Assembly: GCA_023213395.1 (NCBI GenBank) | Contig: CM041465.1 | Location: forward strand, 225,439,741 to 225,503,740 | Source: Cycas panzhihuaensis | Taxonomy: Eukaryota; Plantae; Cycadophyta | Direction: 5' to 3' | DNA: 64,000 nt | In this document: piece by piece, positions 1 through 13,800 of the stretch | Position numbering within the stretch: position 1 is the first letter of the stretch | Layout of the letters: the number at the start of each line of letters is the position of its first letter | Notes under the pieces: generated by a model | What the model was told of the DNA's origin: nothing | What the model saw: only the letters and a program-made list of their open reading frames with translations | The model's database searches: none | Translations under genes and position numbers: made by a program

Positions 1-940
1 AATGGAGTTAGAACATAATCGGCAATAGCATAGGAAATTAGCAATAGAAAAGTGGAGATGGGAGATTATTAAGTACATTAATTAATAACCTATAAAGTTT
101 GAGTACTGCTTGGATGAGTAGATTTTGGAAGAAGGTTTAGACCCAATGGTTTATGATCTATATGATGTTTCGTAATGGAAAACATCCTTCTTGGGATAGA
201 TGACCTAACAACTAGTTATAAAGCTAGAGGAATGTTCATGGAGATTACTACCAAACTTGCAATAGATTACTTAATTGGAGGAAAAACTATAAGCAGTTAA
301 AGGAAAGTTATAATTTTTGAAAAAAATTATTATTAATTAGGTGGATGACATTAGTGAAGTAACCCCCCCATTGAATAAATTTAAGGATCACTTTGGTTAG
401 TAAATCCCCACAAATTTACAAGATGCAGTGTATAAATTAGGGGCTTGGATATTGAAAAGTGAGGAAGAATCCAAATAATGTAGCAAAGCATGGAGTCAAA
501 ATCGTACCTATAAATCTGAGCTACAAACCATATAGAATATTAATTAAGAATTATACATGGAAATAACATAGCTATAATCGAGAGTGTCACCCAATATGAG
601 ACAACTAGATACACTCCATGACATTGTGATTCTATGTGATTACATCAAGTCTAAAGGGTTGCCACTTCCTCCTACTATTGTACAGCCAGATCCTTTGTAC
701 ATTAAGTGAGAAGTAGCTAGATTAAAGGAAGCTTGAAAGGTGTAAGAAAATGTTAGACAATAAGGCTAAAGCTCATGCCATTCATAGTTTCATATTTTAG
801 GGAAGTAAGCGTTGGTGGAATTTTGAAATTTTAAAATTTTAAAACAAGTGAGGACACTCAGTTTTATGATAGGGGTGTATATATAGGAGATAAGTCACAA
901 AATAATTAGGGGTTCTTTGAAGATAAAATAGAGTATAATT
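1..940 (+). mobile_element. Highly decayed LTR-retrotransposon 3' remnant (probably Gypsy-type); 3' LTR probably starts near 880
   Basis: No intact ORF. gaggacactcagttttatgatagggg (~850-875) resembles the GAGGAC...TTTT...GGGG polypurine tract that precedes Gypsy 3' LTRs. Boundaries uncertain. Confidence 0.3.
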
Positions 941-944
941 CTAG

Positions 945-1144
945 TTTTAAAGTATAAATTAAGTATGACCAAGTACAATTAGATATGACCAAGTACTAGT
1001 TGAAGTATAATTAAGTGTGACTAGGTATAACTAGGTGTGACTAAGAGCAACCAAAAACATGATCAGGTACAACTATGTGTGACTAAGAGTGACTAGAAGT
1101 ATGGCCAAATATAATTAAGTACAATCTAAAGTACGATTAGGTAT
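945..1144. repeat. Degenerate ~19-20 bp tandem repeat (aagtatgaccaagtacaatt-like), resuming at 5714-5820
   Basis: Repeated tgaccaagta/tgactaag/aagtataattaagt units on both sides of the 1145-5713 insertion. Confidence 0.55.
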
Positions 1145-4100
1145 TGAAGGAGTTGAAACAAGATGCTTTGATACCAAATGAAGGATATGAAACATGGAGA
1201 TAGAGTAGAGCATCAATCAAATAATCAATTAATTGTCAATGTATGAGCATAACCAAATATTACATTCAATCCATTGTATGAGAGCATGTACAAATTTCCC
1301 AATAAAGGTAGTGTCTAAAGACACCAGAGTTTGTCACCCCAGTAAATATATAATTTGAGGGAGGAGGGAAACCTCCTCAACCTCCAAAATTTAAAATACA
1401 TTAAAATAATGCTTAACTAAGGTAACATTTAACCTTACCTTACTTACCTTCACATGTGTGCACTCACATGTGTAAATGGTAGGAGTGGGGTGATGAACAT
1501 TAACCCCAATATTCTCCCCCTTAATGGTCATCACAAATATCTTCATTTTTCCTTAAACTTGTGGTACATATATTTGAGGTAGACTTTGAATGAGTACTTG
1601 ACCAAATATCCTGTTGCTTTGTCTTTATCTTCATGCATCTTTGTTCTTATATAGTGGGTTCTTTTAACATGGTTTTGTTCAAATGATCTCCAAGTGTGAT
1701 TTGTTTCAAATGGAGAAGAGTACCTACATCTTGTACTTTATCTTCTTGATTCTTTGTTTTATGAGTAGTGATCATATAAAAGGTACATATATCTTTATAT
1801 GCATCAAGGTGATTATTCATTTGAGTTGAGTCTTCTACATTAGTCTTTTTAACACAAAAAAACTACTCTGACATCTGTCTCACATGTACAACATCATCAT
1901 AGTTAAACTCATTCACATTGAGGGTTTCTCCCCCATAAATGGATTCTAGTGTATTCCAAATGGATTTTGATGTAGTTAATTTGCTAACATGAATGAATAC
2001 ATCGTCGTTTATTGTATTAAAGATTAAAGCTATAATTTCATTGTCCTTTCTTAGGTTTTCTTTAAAATTCTTTTATTCTTCTAGGTAACCACATGTAACA
2101 AATTTTAAATATCTTTTGAAATGAGAAGTGTTTTCAATATCCTTTCCATACATGAAAATTGGTTCCATCAAGTGTGGGAATTAGTACATCATCCAAATAA
2201 AATGTCATTTTAAATGCATTTAGTTTGTGAGCTCAAATAAGTAAATGAAAACCTTAAATGTGTGAATAACATAAGGTGGACAATAAGTGCTTTTCAATAC
2301 ATATGAATCCCTTAATCAAGATAGGTGAGTAATGCGATCAAATACATATCGTTTGAGACAAAATGTTTTTGTTTGCACAGAATTAAATCAATTAATGCTT
2401 TTATGAAAGCAATGATCTATATGCTCCTTTAAGGTTTTAACAATGCAAATTTGAAATATAATTATCTTTAATAATGAAATGATGGATAATCAATGATAAG
2501 AAGTAGCTAAAGTAAAAATGAATAACCTTTATCAATGTAAAATGCTTGATTATGAAAAATAATTAGCCATCCCTTTGAAGGTAGCAAATCCTTTTGAAAG
2601 TAGTAAAAAATTAAAAGTTTAAAGTGTAATATTTGCTTTAGATGATAGAAATATCTAAAAAATAATAAGTTTCTTCCAAGAAATATAGGAAATAAATAAA
2701 TAGAATACAAAATGTACCCATTTGATTAAGTAGCTCTACTTAGCTTGAAGTACTAAAAAACTAGCTTCTTGCTACAAAAAAGGCTTGAAAAATACAAATA
2801 AAGAATAATAAAAGCTTCAAGAATAAATTGTTAGTAATCAATAAAGTAGATATAATGTTTTAAGATAGTATAATGCTTGAAAATTTATAGGATAATGCCT
2901 ATAAGGACTGAACAAGAAGCTAAATATAGCTAGATTTAAACACCTACCAAATGAAGTTAGAATTGAGTGAAACATATTCCAAACTGAAGAATATAAAATA
3001 TCATTTTCGATTGATTCAACTGTTTGGAAAACTAATTCTTGTAACTCAAGATTTTAAAGAATAGGTAAAGAGACCCCTTTTAGGGCTTGAATATGAGTCA
3101 CAAGGCTAAAATATTATAAAAATAGATTATAACTTTATGAAAAAGGTGTAAAAATGCTTACTTACAGATTAAAGATATTTTAATGTGACTTATTCCAAAA
3201 AATCTTGAAGAAAATATTTTTAAAAATGCTGAATAATGAAGAACTAGTTTAGACTAGGTACCTTAACTTCACCAGCCTGAAATACCTATAAAACAACTTT
3301 GAATCACTTGAAAAACTATATCAACGCGAAGAGGGTTAAATCAACTTTCAAACAAAGCTGATAGTTCAAAAAATGGATATCAAACGAGAAAGTTATAGTG
3401 AAAACAATGAAACAACCTCTTTATGTTTAACAAGCTGGAAGTTGAAAAAATTAAGTGACTTCAAACTATTAAAAACTGATCAAAACGGCTCTAAATATGG
3501 AAAATGATAGTCCACAGTGAAGCTCGCGAAGTCATGATCACGATGAGACTAGTTTTGTTAAAATCTAGTACTCCAGTGAGGGGTTATAGACAAAAATGCT
3601 CCAGTTACCCTTTTAGAGTAAAATAAATAAAAAAATATAAAAGATTTTTTTTGTAAAAGTTGATTAGCCCCTTTTTAGAGTAGAGTAATGATCACATATA
3701 AATAAATAAGACTAGGGGAAAATAGAGCGAAGGGGGCTAGTGCCCTTTAAACAACCACCTGGAATTTAATTTATATACAAATAAATTTAATTTAAAATAA
3801 ACTTTATAAAAATAAAAATGTTGACGTTATAACGTCGCTGCCGTGATCACGCAGAACAAAGGCGATTTTGGCATTAACAATCAATCAAAATCAATTACAG
3901 AGCACTAAATCAGGGGTGCTAAGGGTCCACGTAGATGGATCATTGAAGATTTTAAAAAAATACTTAATTTTGTTATACAAAAGGACAAAAAAGGAGAGTT
4001 AGATGCCGTGCATGGACATAAGTAGATTCTAGGTATAAACATGATAAAAAAAATAATCAAATCATTTCGATTTTCTATTAAGAGAAGGGGCGGCTGAAGT

Positions 4101-5713
4101 ATGTACTAGATGGACTTCAAAATGGTTGCCAGATAGAGAATAAATAGTGCTAAATATTGACGTAAATAAGCGGTCATCCGAGGTCGAAGGAGGGAACGAC
4201 GAGCTAAGCTGACAAAACATGTAGATAGAAGGTGGATTCATGCATGAATCTCCATACAAATAGATCCACAAGGGGGTGTACAAGATGATCATACTTGATT
4301 CGGGAAAAAAACTTGTAAATATATACTTGATATTGATAAAAAAAATAAGAAACACGGTGAAAAATGAGGGCGCGGTGACTCAAGTGAGTCAAACTCTCTA
4401 CAAGAGATACAGTTTCTTACCAAACTTTAGGGGTAGCTGGGTATCCTAGATAGTAAGGCACTGGTAAAATTTTGTGCCAAACGATTTCTTATAGGTAGGG
4501 AATGAAGCTCTGGATTCTAAGGAGGTCGTACGCCTTTGTGGAGATCGTATGGCTCAAGGAATATTAAAAATAGACTGAAATTGCTTGGTCTAACTCAAAT
4601 CATTCATGCACCCTTGTCACAAAAGAGATCTAGTGAAAAAGGAAGCCAAAATGAGCAAATGAGAGAAGGGGCAGTGGGGTTTCATTGCTAAAAAAGAGTA
4701 ATCGAGCTTCCGGGAGGGAGATCTCTTCGTTAGAGCATCGAAAATCAAAACCGTCAAATCTAGTACAGAGCTGACTCGAAGAGCTTTGAAATGATTGGTC
4801 ACTTACTAGGGTTTCAATCACCATGGAGACTGCACTAGCCTGTAAACGCTCAAGTTCCTTGCCAAACCTTGAAAAGGTTGTGAATAAACAATAAAAACCT
4901 ATAAAATATCAAACAAAATCTTAGTATAACTTCTCTAAAAACCTGTTGAGCTGAATACATAACTGTTAGTACATAGATCTAAAGAAATATTAAGTAAAAT
5001 AGAGGAAATACACTAAAAAATAGCTAAATATTTAATAAAAATATATAAAACTTATTAATAAAACTTCGTAAAATGATGAGATATTGAATATTTTGCTGAT
5101 TATAGCTATGATCCTACATAGATCTATGAAAATATGGATTATTTTACACATATAACTAAAAAATAATCAAAATTTTTAATGAAAATAATATAAAAAACTG
5201 CTAATAAGCTTTATAAAAAAATTAATATAACCAATATTTTGCTTGCCATGAATATCTTTGATAACTCTCTGCTTCAAAAAATACTAGATCTTCTTGCTCT
5301 CAAATGAAGGACTTCAATAGGCCAAAAACTATGCTCTGATACCAAATGAAGGAGTTGAAACAAGATGCTCAGATACCAAATGAAGGATATGAGACATGGA
5401 GACAGAGCGGAGCATACATCAAATAATCAATCCATTGTTAATGTATGAGCATAACTAAATATTATATTCAATCCATTGTATGAGAGCATGTACAAATTTT
5501 CCAATAGAGGTGGTGTTTAAAGACCCCAGGGTTTGTCACCCCAATAAATATATAGTGTGAGGGAGGAGGGAAACCTCCTCAACCTCCAAACTTCAAAATA
5601 CATTAAAATAATACTTAACTAAGATAACATTTAACCTTACCTTACTTATCTTCACATGTGTGCACTCACATGTGTAAATGGTGGGAGTGGGGTCAAGAAC
5701 ATTAACCCCAACA
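1145..5713 (-). mobile_element. Non-autonomous Ty1/Copia LTR element (F): degraded gag only, no pol
   Basis: Direct LTRs 1145-1511 and 5347-5713 (tgaagg...ccccaaca). TSD ggtat at 1140-1144 and 5714-5718. tRNA-Met PBS (gctctgatacca on +) just left of 5347; PPT complement ttctccccctt after 1511. Minus-strand gag relic PTLDGTNFHVWK...KSIWNTLESIYG at ~1930-2180. Confidence 0.9.
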
Positions 5714-7000
5714 GGTATGTTCAGGTATAACCTAAAGTGTGATCAAGTGCAACAAGATTACAAAGATGACAATGCAAGTATAACCAAGTCATACGTTTGT
5801 GATCCAAATATGACTTAGACCATAACTCAAACCCCTAATTAGCGAGGACTTATGTGAGCACTATGTAATAAAATGATTAAGCAATTATAATAGTTAAGCC
5901 ATTGATGTAACAAAAAGGTGATGTACTTTATATAAGTAAGTCTAATGAATATAATGGATATATCACGGAGTTTAGGATTTCTCTCTTGCATTCTTTATTA
6001 TGACGGCTTCAATTGTAGCTTATACATAGCCAATTATATTGTCAACCTGCATTTGGTGGTAAGAGAACAAGACACATTGCCTTTATGGATAATAAAGTTA
6101 TGGTTTACATTCTCTGTTGATGTCATATTACATTGTGCTTGCTCTATTTTTTTATAATATGTTGGTGAGGTGAGAGATAATACAATGCACACACTCAAGT
6201 TTTGACATAAAATAATATATAAATACTTATTTTCATTATCTCACTTAACATATATAACTATCCAAACTATAAGAAGTTTATAAAGAAGAGATTATTATTA
6301 GAAGAAGAAGAAATCTTCCATTAGTGATTTGATTTCTATTATTTGGTAACCTCTTTACTCTTGTTGGAGCTTAGAGGAAGATAATAACAACTTGTTTGCA
6401 TAGAGATATAGAAGTGTAAATTTTTTGTAAGGGATGATTATTCTTTTATGTGAAACCTCCTTTCCTTAGAAGAGGATGAGAGAATTAAGGAGCTATTGCT
6501 ATATTATTGGTGACCATTTTGCAATTTAGTATTTTATATTTAAAGTTTGAGGAGTAATCTTGGTATGATATTAACACTTCCATATGTAGTAAAGGCAAGA
6601 TTTATTTATGATATATATTTGCCTCTTTTATTCTTTAATTAAATAGGGAACTAACTAGTCCCTCCACTAATACTATGTTTATTTATTTGTGCATGCCCTT
6701 GATTTATTAATTAAAGAATATATACCATTTATATAAAGTCATTTATCACATTTGATCTTAGTTAGAATAGAAGAAATATTATGTTGTATATTGGTAGCTC
6801 TTTATCTTGTGCCTATAGGTATTTGGAACTTGAAAGTAAAATATAATAAGAGTGAAATGTCTTGATTCAATCACCAACCTCCTTCAACTTAATGAGAATT
6901 TAGATTGGTGATTCATTCTCTCTCTTAGTCTATGATTTGTTGTCGAGTATATATTATGATTTAGGTAAGTAATGGAGATAGTAATTCATGAGTATAGTAA

Positions 7001-7166
7001 GGTTAGGCATTGGGGCACATCGGTAAGTACCACCTTCTAATGTAACGAATGTTCCAGGTTCGACCCCTAAGGGGTTTATATGGGTGAACAAAATGAAAGG
7101 GTGACAAACCTCGACAAACTAGAAACTAATTCCCTCCTCAAGGCCCAACACCTTGAAAAAGAAAAA
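7001..7166 (+). mobile_element. tRNA-derived SINE
   Basis: Box A-like tggggcacatcgg (~7011), box B ggttcgaccc (~7057), A-rich tail aaaaagaaaaa, and a perfect 10-bp TSD agtatagtaa at 6991-7000 and 7167-7176. Confidence 0.8.
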
Positions 7167-9086
7167 AGTATAGTAAACATATAACAATAGATTTACATAA
7201 TGTAGAAGTGGTAACAACAAATCATATGTCAAGTAATAAGATTGTATTCATATATTATCAAAAAGACCTTTGGATAAGTCAGTTATACATAAACACTAAC
7301 ATGGGCCCTAAAATGAAAGGGAGCTCTAGTTTTTATATGCAAATAAACTCTCCAAGTGCCTTACAAGTTCCTTAACAAAATTATAATTAAACAAGGTTAA
7401 AATAATAATTAATACATCTAAACAAGGCATTGGAATGACATACCATTATCAATAGGAAGGCCTTGTAACAATATATTGCAAATAATAATAATTTCCTTAA
7501 AAGTGTAAGGACCTCACGCAAGAACTTCCTCAGAAGCCTCTAAGGATTTAAATAAAAAGGATAAAAAATCTAACTAAGAATGGTTTGTACTTTCACACTA
7601 AAGGTTTTTAGAGTGACCTTTACTCATTGCCTAAGTATATTTTTAGGAAGAGGCGTATAAACAAAATAAGCAATCATAGTATACCAATGTATCTTTGTGG
7701 TAACAAAAGTGACCTCATCTACATAAAAAACAACATTAGGGATGTGAAGTTCATAAATTTTGACTCATTGAAGACCTCTTACTTTAATATCATTACTCCA
7801 TTTGAACTAATGCATAATATATGATTATAAATGATAGTGAGTTTATGAAAGATGCTATTAATAATCACAAGTTTAGAGGGATTGGTATTAGATGGGCCTA
7901 TTGTTGTAGTTGCTGGCATGTAGGCAGTTTAAATAATAACTTTCTTAGCATAATAAGGCAAACTTAAACTGTGATGGATATCATAAATGCAAGGGGAGGG
8001 ATGTGACATGGAGTGACAAACCTATGAAAAAGACACAAGGCAAGCCTTGAACATGCATTACCCTTTACTCTTCCCTTAGACATGGATTAAATTATCTCCA
8101 TCAAACCTAGAATATTCCATAATTGTGACATAATCTCTTTGACCTAAAATCTTTAAATCCCTTTTATCTCTTGGTTTGATTATCTTATACATGTAAACTC
8201 TTAGAGACATTAGAGGCTATAGGGCATTGAATACATTTGCTCATAATACACAACCTTATATTATTTATGCAATTGATATGATTACATGGGCATAAAATGT
8301 GCAACCATTGATTAACATTTATCATACACTAACAACTAAGTCAAACCCACCTTTAAAGCTATGTTACATTAAGACAAGCTTCAAATTTTTAAATACTCAT
8401 AGAAGTTTTATAAGAGCATAAGCACAATCTCATAAAAGATCTACCTACCTCTTACTAAGGAGGAATGAAATTATTCAAATTGCCCACAGAGACACAAGGA
8501 AACTAATATCATAGAAAAATAAGAAGAGATCGATTACAAAAGAAAGAGTAAAGTTATTACTTTAACATGGTAGCACATAGCCAACAACCCAACAAGGTCA
8601 TACTATAGTGAGATCACATACCCACCCACTTTGTGTGTGTATCTACTTACTTTTCAAACCATTAACCTATATTATAGGTATATATGCAAATTTATCGCAT
8701 TCCAACTCTTGTGACCTTTTACATTTGATTTTCATAACCTCAATCCCCTCACGTGACAAACCATAATTTATTTGATTAGCAAATTGGCCTTAAATGCACC
8801 TACTACAAGTCCTCCAACGATCCCTAAAACCCCATAAAGCACCAAAACTATGCAACCGACCACATACAAGACCAGATTATTATTATTATTATTAGATAGA
8901 AAATACCCATTTGATAAATACCTTAAATTCCGAACAGGCTTAGAGACCAGCAAACTCAATTTCGCCGGATTTGAAACATGCGATGCAATTGGATTGATAA
9001 AAACTCCGGGAAGCCCTAATCTACCGAGAAAGGTTCTCTGGAATTAATTCTGAGCATTAGGAAGAGAAGGAGAGATCGAGGAGGAA

Positions 9087-9281
9087 ATGGCATTGAGAAA
9101 TGCGGTTCTTAACCACATTAGGGTTAAGGTTAACCACAGCCCTGCAACCAGCTTGGTCTGTTGGTTGAATAGCACCCGTCCGATGTCATCGGAGGGTACT
9201 GGCAGCTTCCTCGACAAAGACGAGGTAGCTGAACGAGTGGTATCTGTTGTGAAGAGTTTTCCCAAGGTCGATCCATCTAAG
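9087..9281 (+). CDS. mtACP1: Mitochondrial acyl carrier protein, exon 1 (transit peptide and N-terminal helix)
   Basis: MALRNAVLNHIRV...EVAERVVSVVKSFPKVDPSK closely matches plant mtACP1 (MALRNAILRHLRV...VVKSFPKVDPSK). GT donor at 9282, phase 0. Confidence 0.93.
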
Positions 9282-9730
9282 GTTCGTTTTAACTCAACCC
9301 CTAACCCTTCATCCTTCTCACCCACAGACTGCCGTGTTAAGGTAAATCTCAGTAACGGTGGATCACAATTATCACGATTTATCTTAACATAACAGAGTTC
9401 AATCCCTTCTTTACAGTGCTGGCAGGAGAAGTTTTAAGGGCTATTTATTTGTTTCAAATTTTACAAAAAATGGATTTTCATTTTTTCCACAAATTACATT
9501 TGGCAATACGCAAAATTTCTGTAAATTGTTGCTGAAATAATAGAGAGTTCATGGGAAGTTCTTACTACATTTGCCCAAGTCCTTAATAAATAATGAATTG
9601 TGAGGTATTTTTTTACCTAGCAAATTTCTGATGTCCTGTGATTATACATACTCAACTGTGCTTATGATGAAATTGGCATTCCATGAAAGTTTCCCCGAAT
9701 GTCACAAAATTTCACGCCTGCATGTGGCAG

Positions 9731-9907
9731 GTGACTCCAGCTGTGCACTTTCAAAAGGATTTAGGGTTGGATAGCCTGGACACTGTTGAAATTGTAATGG
9801 CACTTGAGGAGGAGTTTGCATTAGAAATTCCAGATAAGGAAGCAGATAAAATTGATTCGTGCAGTCTCGCCATCGATTATATTTCTTCGCACCCGATGGC
9901 TAAGTAG
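9731..9907 (+). CDS. mtACP1: Mitochondrial acyl carrier protein, exon 2 (phosphopantetheine-attachment DSLD motif); joined product 123 aa
   Basis: Acceptor gtggcag at 9730, then [62 protein letters not shown] intron 9282-9730 (449 bp). Confidence 0.95.
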   Translation: MTPAVHFQKDLGLDSLDTVEIVMALEEEFALEIPDKEADKIDSCSLAIDYISSHPMAK

Positions 9908-10778
9908 TAGTGGCAATTTGACATGACTGTTGTTTCTGCCAAGAATTCCGTGTCTATCTGGCGGGTCATTTCAATCAATTTTTGACATCTTTTGTGGATT
10001 TTTAATCTGAACTGTCGGATTGGCTGTTTAAAGTTTCAATTGTGTCCAATTTGGGAGCTTCTGTGACCTCCCTAATCTTAGAAATAGTATCCATTGATTA
10101 ACCTTTAATGGGCTTCCTGTCGTATATGTGCAGTGCACTTGCATTCAGAACATCACGTGCATATAGTAAATCAAGTATGTGGATGCTATTTTTCTTTTTC
10201 CCTTTTTGAATATTTGTGTGGAAAGAGGGAAAGTTGGCTTCATTCTCTTTAGTGTCTCGTGGAGGAACTGGATCACCAAGCTATGAAGTAATGCATATGT
10301 CAAATACAAGCCTTGCAATAATGGCAAATTTACATCGGACTGAGTTATTTGAAATTTCCCATTGAGTTTAGTGTGTTTCGTTTCACAACCTTGTCACTTA
10401 ATTATTTCCATGGCCTTCTGTTAAATGTTTAGGCAACCTTCAAAATCTGTTAGCAAAATAGGTAGATTCTTGGTCTCAAATCTTGAATTACATATTCAAG
10501 TACTTTTAGAAATGGAAAATGATCAAATTTTGGTTGATCATCCAAGGTTTTGCAGCAACCCTTTTGTTGCAACTGTTTGCGACTCTCTGTCGATTGGAAC
10601 TCCTCTCAGTTCTAGCTCTACTACTTGGTCCATCTATGAATAGACCAGTGCAGACTTAACAGTCTGGGAGTGCTGATAGGCACCCCCCCTGCAGTTCCAG
10701 TTGCAGTTTTATGTATCGAATTCTATTCCTGTAGACCTATATAATGAAATGCAAAACCGTTGCTAACATCCAATTTGC

Positions 10779-10782
<4 letters not shown>

Positions 10783-10813
<31 letters not shown>

Positions 10814-10833
10814 ATATATATATATATATATAT
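10783..10833. repeat. Compound microsatellite (TC)n(TA)n
   Basis: Directly visible. Confidence 0.95.
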
Positions 10834-13800
10834 TATGTTTTTATATTAATGTGTAGGTTTATATATGCGCACTGTGTCGATAGGTTAATACTTGCAGGTT
10901 TGGATATGCACAGGTTTATTGGTGCAATAATATATGTATTTATTATTTACTATAATTATTTTCCTATTTACTTCCATCCCATGGACCAGAGTAAATACTC
11001 CTTGGCAAAGTCTGCTGAGGGTGCCTATCGGCGTAAACATGTAGGTAATGTGAATCTCTCCCTCTTTTGCAACCGTCTTGCTTGCCCTCATTTGGAATTC
11101 ATTGGTTGTTCTTTCAGATGCATCTTCCACCTGCACACCCACTTACAGGTCTAAAGTGCTATTTATCTTCTTAATTAACTAACCTCATTGAACGCTTGGT
11201 AGGAAAGTGAAGGGAGTTAACTTCATCATATAACAATGATTATCATTGGTCTGATTAAACTATTGCTGAGAAGTGGCCCTAATAGGAGTTGTGACATAAA
11301 ATTTCTTTGCAAATATTAAAGACCATAAATGTTGAAGGTAACAATATTCAGAATTGGTGGGATTGTGCTATAATTGTCATCTTGTGTCTTATTTGGATTT
11401 CTGTTTAGTTTGTCAATCTTAATAATAGTTTTGTTATGTTTGCGTCTGCTATACAAACTATCTTGGTTTTGTTTGACTTTTGTTATTAGGGAATGAACCT
11501 ATCCTGTAAATCCATGTCAATAATCCCTTGCAATTCATAATAAGATCTTACACATTCATGATGCCTCTCTTCACTGGTTTACACATTGATATCAATGGCC
11601 ATGTGACCCAGTAAATGGGAAAAATCACAGTAGTTTATCAAAAGTTTGCTATATTATTAAAGCTTTCTCATATCCTCAGTTGATGATAAAAGGAGATACA
11701 AAATTGCTGTTGCCTGAATTGATGATTTTACTTACCCCAAAATCGGGCTTATTTCCTATTTATCCCATTGGTTCCCAGGGGGTGGGGACTGAATGGTTGC
11801 AGCTCTTCCTATCATTTGTAGTTAATATTTAGTTTTATGCATTCCAGTGAAAATTGTTCAATGAAATACTAGGGATTAATTAAGTACTAAGAACTGGCAT
11901 GTTCCTTTTGTTGTCATCAGTTTCTTTTGTAATGAAGTGGCTTTTGGGATATCAAAATTGAAGTATGGTAAATTGATCTTGCTGCAGCCTCCAAAATCAA
12001 GTGAAAGGCTCTGTATATTGAGTTTTATGCGTAAAAAATGATTGTTGTACATCTCCTTTGAATTGTATGCATTGTGTTTGGAAAAAAATGTAACTTTGAC
12101 TAGTTTATTGGTGAAGGTTAGGGAGTGACTGTATTTAGTAAACTAATTAGTTCACTTCTTATCAAACAAGCAGGGGTTTGGGAAAGGATGTGGATTTGGT
12201 ATAAAATATATAGAAAAGGACCAAATTATATCTATATGAAAAGGATTAAAAAAGCTTTACGTTTCCAAAGCACTTAATTGAATGATAGTTGAAAAATTGA
12301 AAAAAGAATGACAAACTACATGCCATACCTGTAATGTTATGGTCAATGGTTTACCAAAGAGATGAATGACATGTATGCAAAAATGTACTCATAAAATAAT
12401 CATTTACTTTCCAATTGAAATAGCATTTAATTAATGGATAAATGGAAAGATATCACCCGGTATAATGAAGAAATTTGCATACTACGCCTTAGTCAAATAG
12501 TCGTGGTGATGCTTTTCCGCATTGGTGATGGATCCCAAAGATACTCTGCATTAGCTACTCTAGAATGCAACTCCAAACCGTTCCAAGATATGCTTACAAT
12601 GATAAAGAGATGGTAGAATGGTGAAGTGATTGAAAATACAGATGATAAGCTAAAATAAATGATGAATGACCAACATAGAGATGAATATGAGAACTAAGAA
12701 AATAGGGTTTGCAATAGAAAACTAGAGGGCATGCAACATGAAAGGCTGGCAAATGAATGGTTGTAAGTCGAATGATAAGCTAGGAGCCACAGCTATGTGA
12801 AATCATTATCTCTATTCTTTACTGATATCTTCATCTGAAAGTTGCATCAATGGCTATCTATTAGCTAGATTTCATGGACAGAACACCCTCCAACTATCTT
12901 CAGGGCCACTCAATATTTCAATCTCTTTAGCTAATGATAATCAACCTATCTCTTAATCTCTAACAAGTTCAATCTTTCTAAAACAAAAAAGTTGAGCCTT
13001 ACATAGCGGGTGAAATGGGCCAAATGAAGAGGCATGCATTCAATCTCAGGAAAAGTGAAGTGAAAGCTGAAAACTGTCTGAATTTCTATCATTTATTGAT
13101 ATTTAAATGTTTTTTTTTTGTCTTGACAATCCTGTCAATTAATTTTCCAATGATACTACCAACCCAGTATCCTGTTGATTTTGCAGTCTTAAATCCAAAC
13201 TATTTGGCAAAAAAGAGCAATTTTGTTGTTTTTGGAAAGAGTAACAAAACAGACATTTTAAAGCAATGAAACTCTACCAAATTATTACAATAACATTGTA
13301 TATCCCCAATGATGATAAAAATATGTAAAAAAAGGCTTGAAAAAGAGCATGTGCCATGAAGAAATCTCATCACAAAGGGGAAAGATAGCATCAACATGAT
13401 AATAGGTTGAGAATGTAGAATACGTGCTTGCTATAAAATGATACATATATATGTTTGGGGAAGAAATCCCTCATAATAATGAAATGAAAATGGTAAAACA
13501 TTGTTGGATAATTCATTTATGTCTATAATATATATGAATGAATCAATGTTCAAATGAAATATTTATACCAACTGCTATACTCTAAGCAAATGTGTTTCAA
13601 GTAAACTCAAATCATAGTCTTTGAATCAATGTAAAAGCTTGTAGCGTGCAACTCCTAATTGATCAAGCAAGTACAAGGTTGGATCCCAAGATATCACCTA
13701 AAAAGTGTACACTGATGCCAAATGTCTAGTTAACACATTGATTTTTTGGGTTGAAATTGTAGATATAATTTATATCCCCACCTCCTCAATCGTGCCCCCT

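Noticed and set aside
6160-6576. Possible solo LTR (tgttgg...attaaca)
   Set aside because: The flanking 5-mers do not match and there is no second copy in the window.
8750-8755. G-box cacgtg upstream of mtACP1
   Set aside because: A single hexamer is expected by chance; no supporting evidence.
9282-9392. ORF-track extension of ACP exon 1, and the upstream ATG at 9683
   Set aside because: Intronic read-through; homology switches exactly at the GT (9282) and AG (9730) sites.
10640-11020. RNase P/MRP- or group I intron-like pairing (gcagactt / aaagtctgc)
   Set aside because: Element order and spacing do not fit either architecture; kept only as an unexplained structure.
10744-11154. 136-aa ORF
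   Set aside because: Runs through a microsatellite (SLSLSL/IYIYIY); no recognisable domain.
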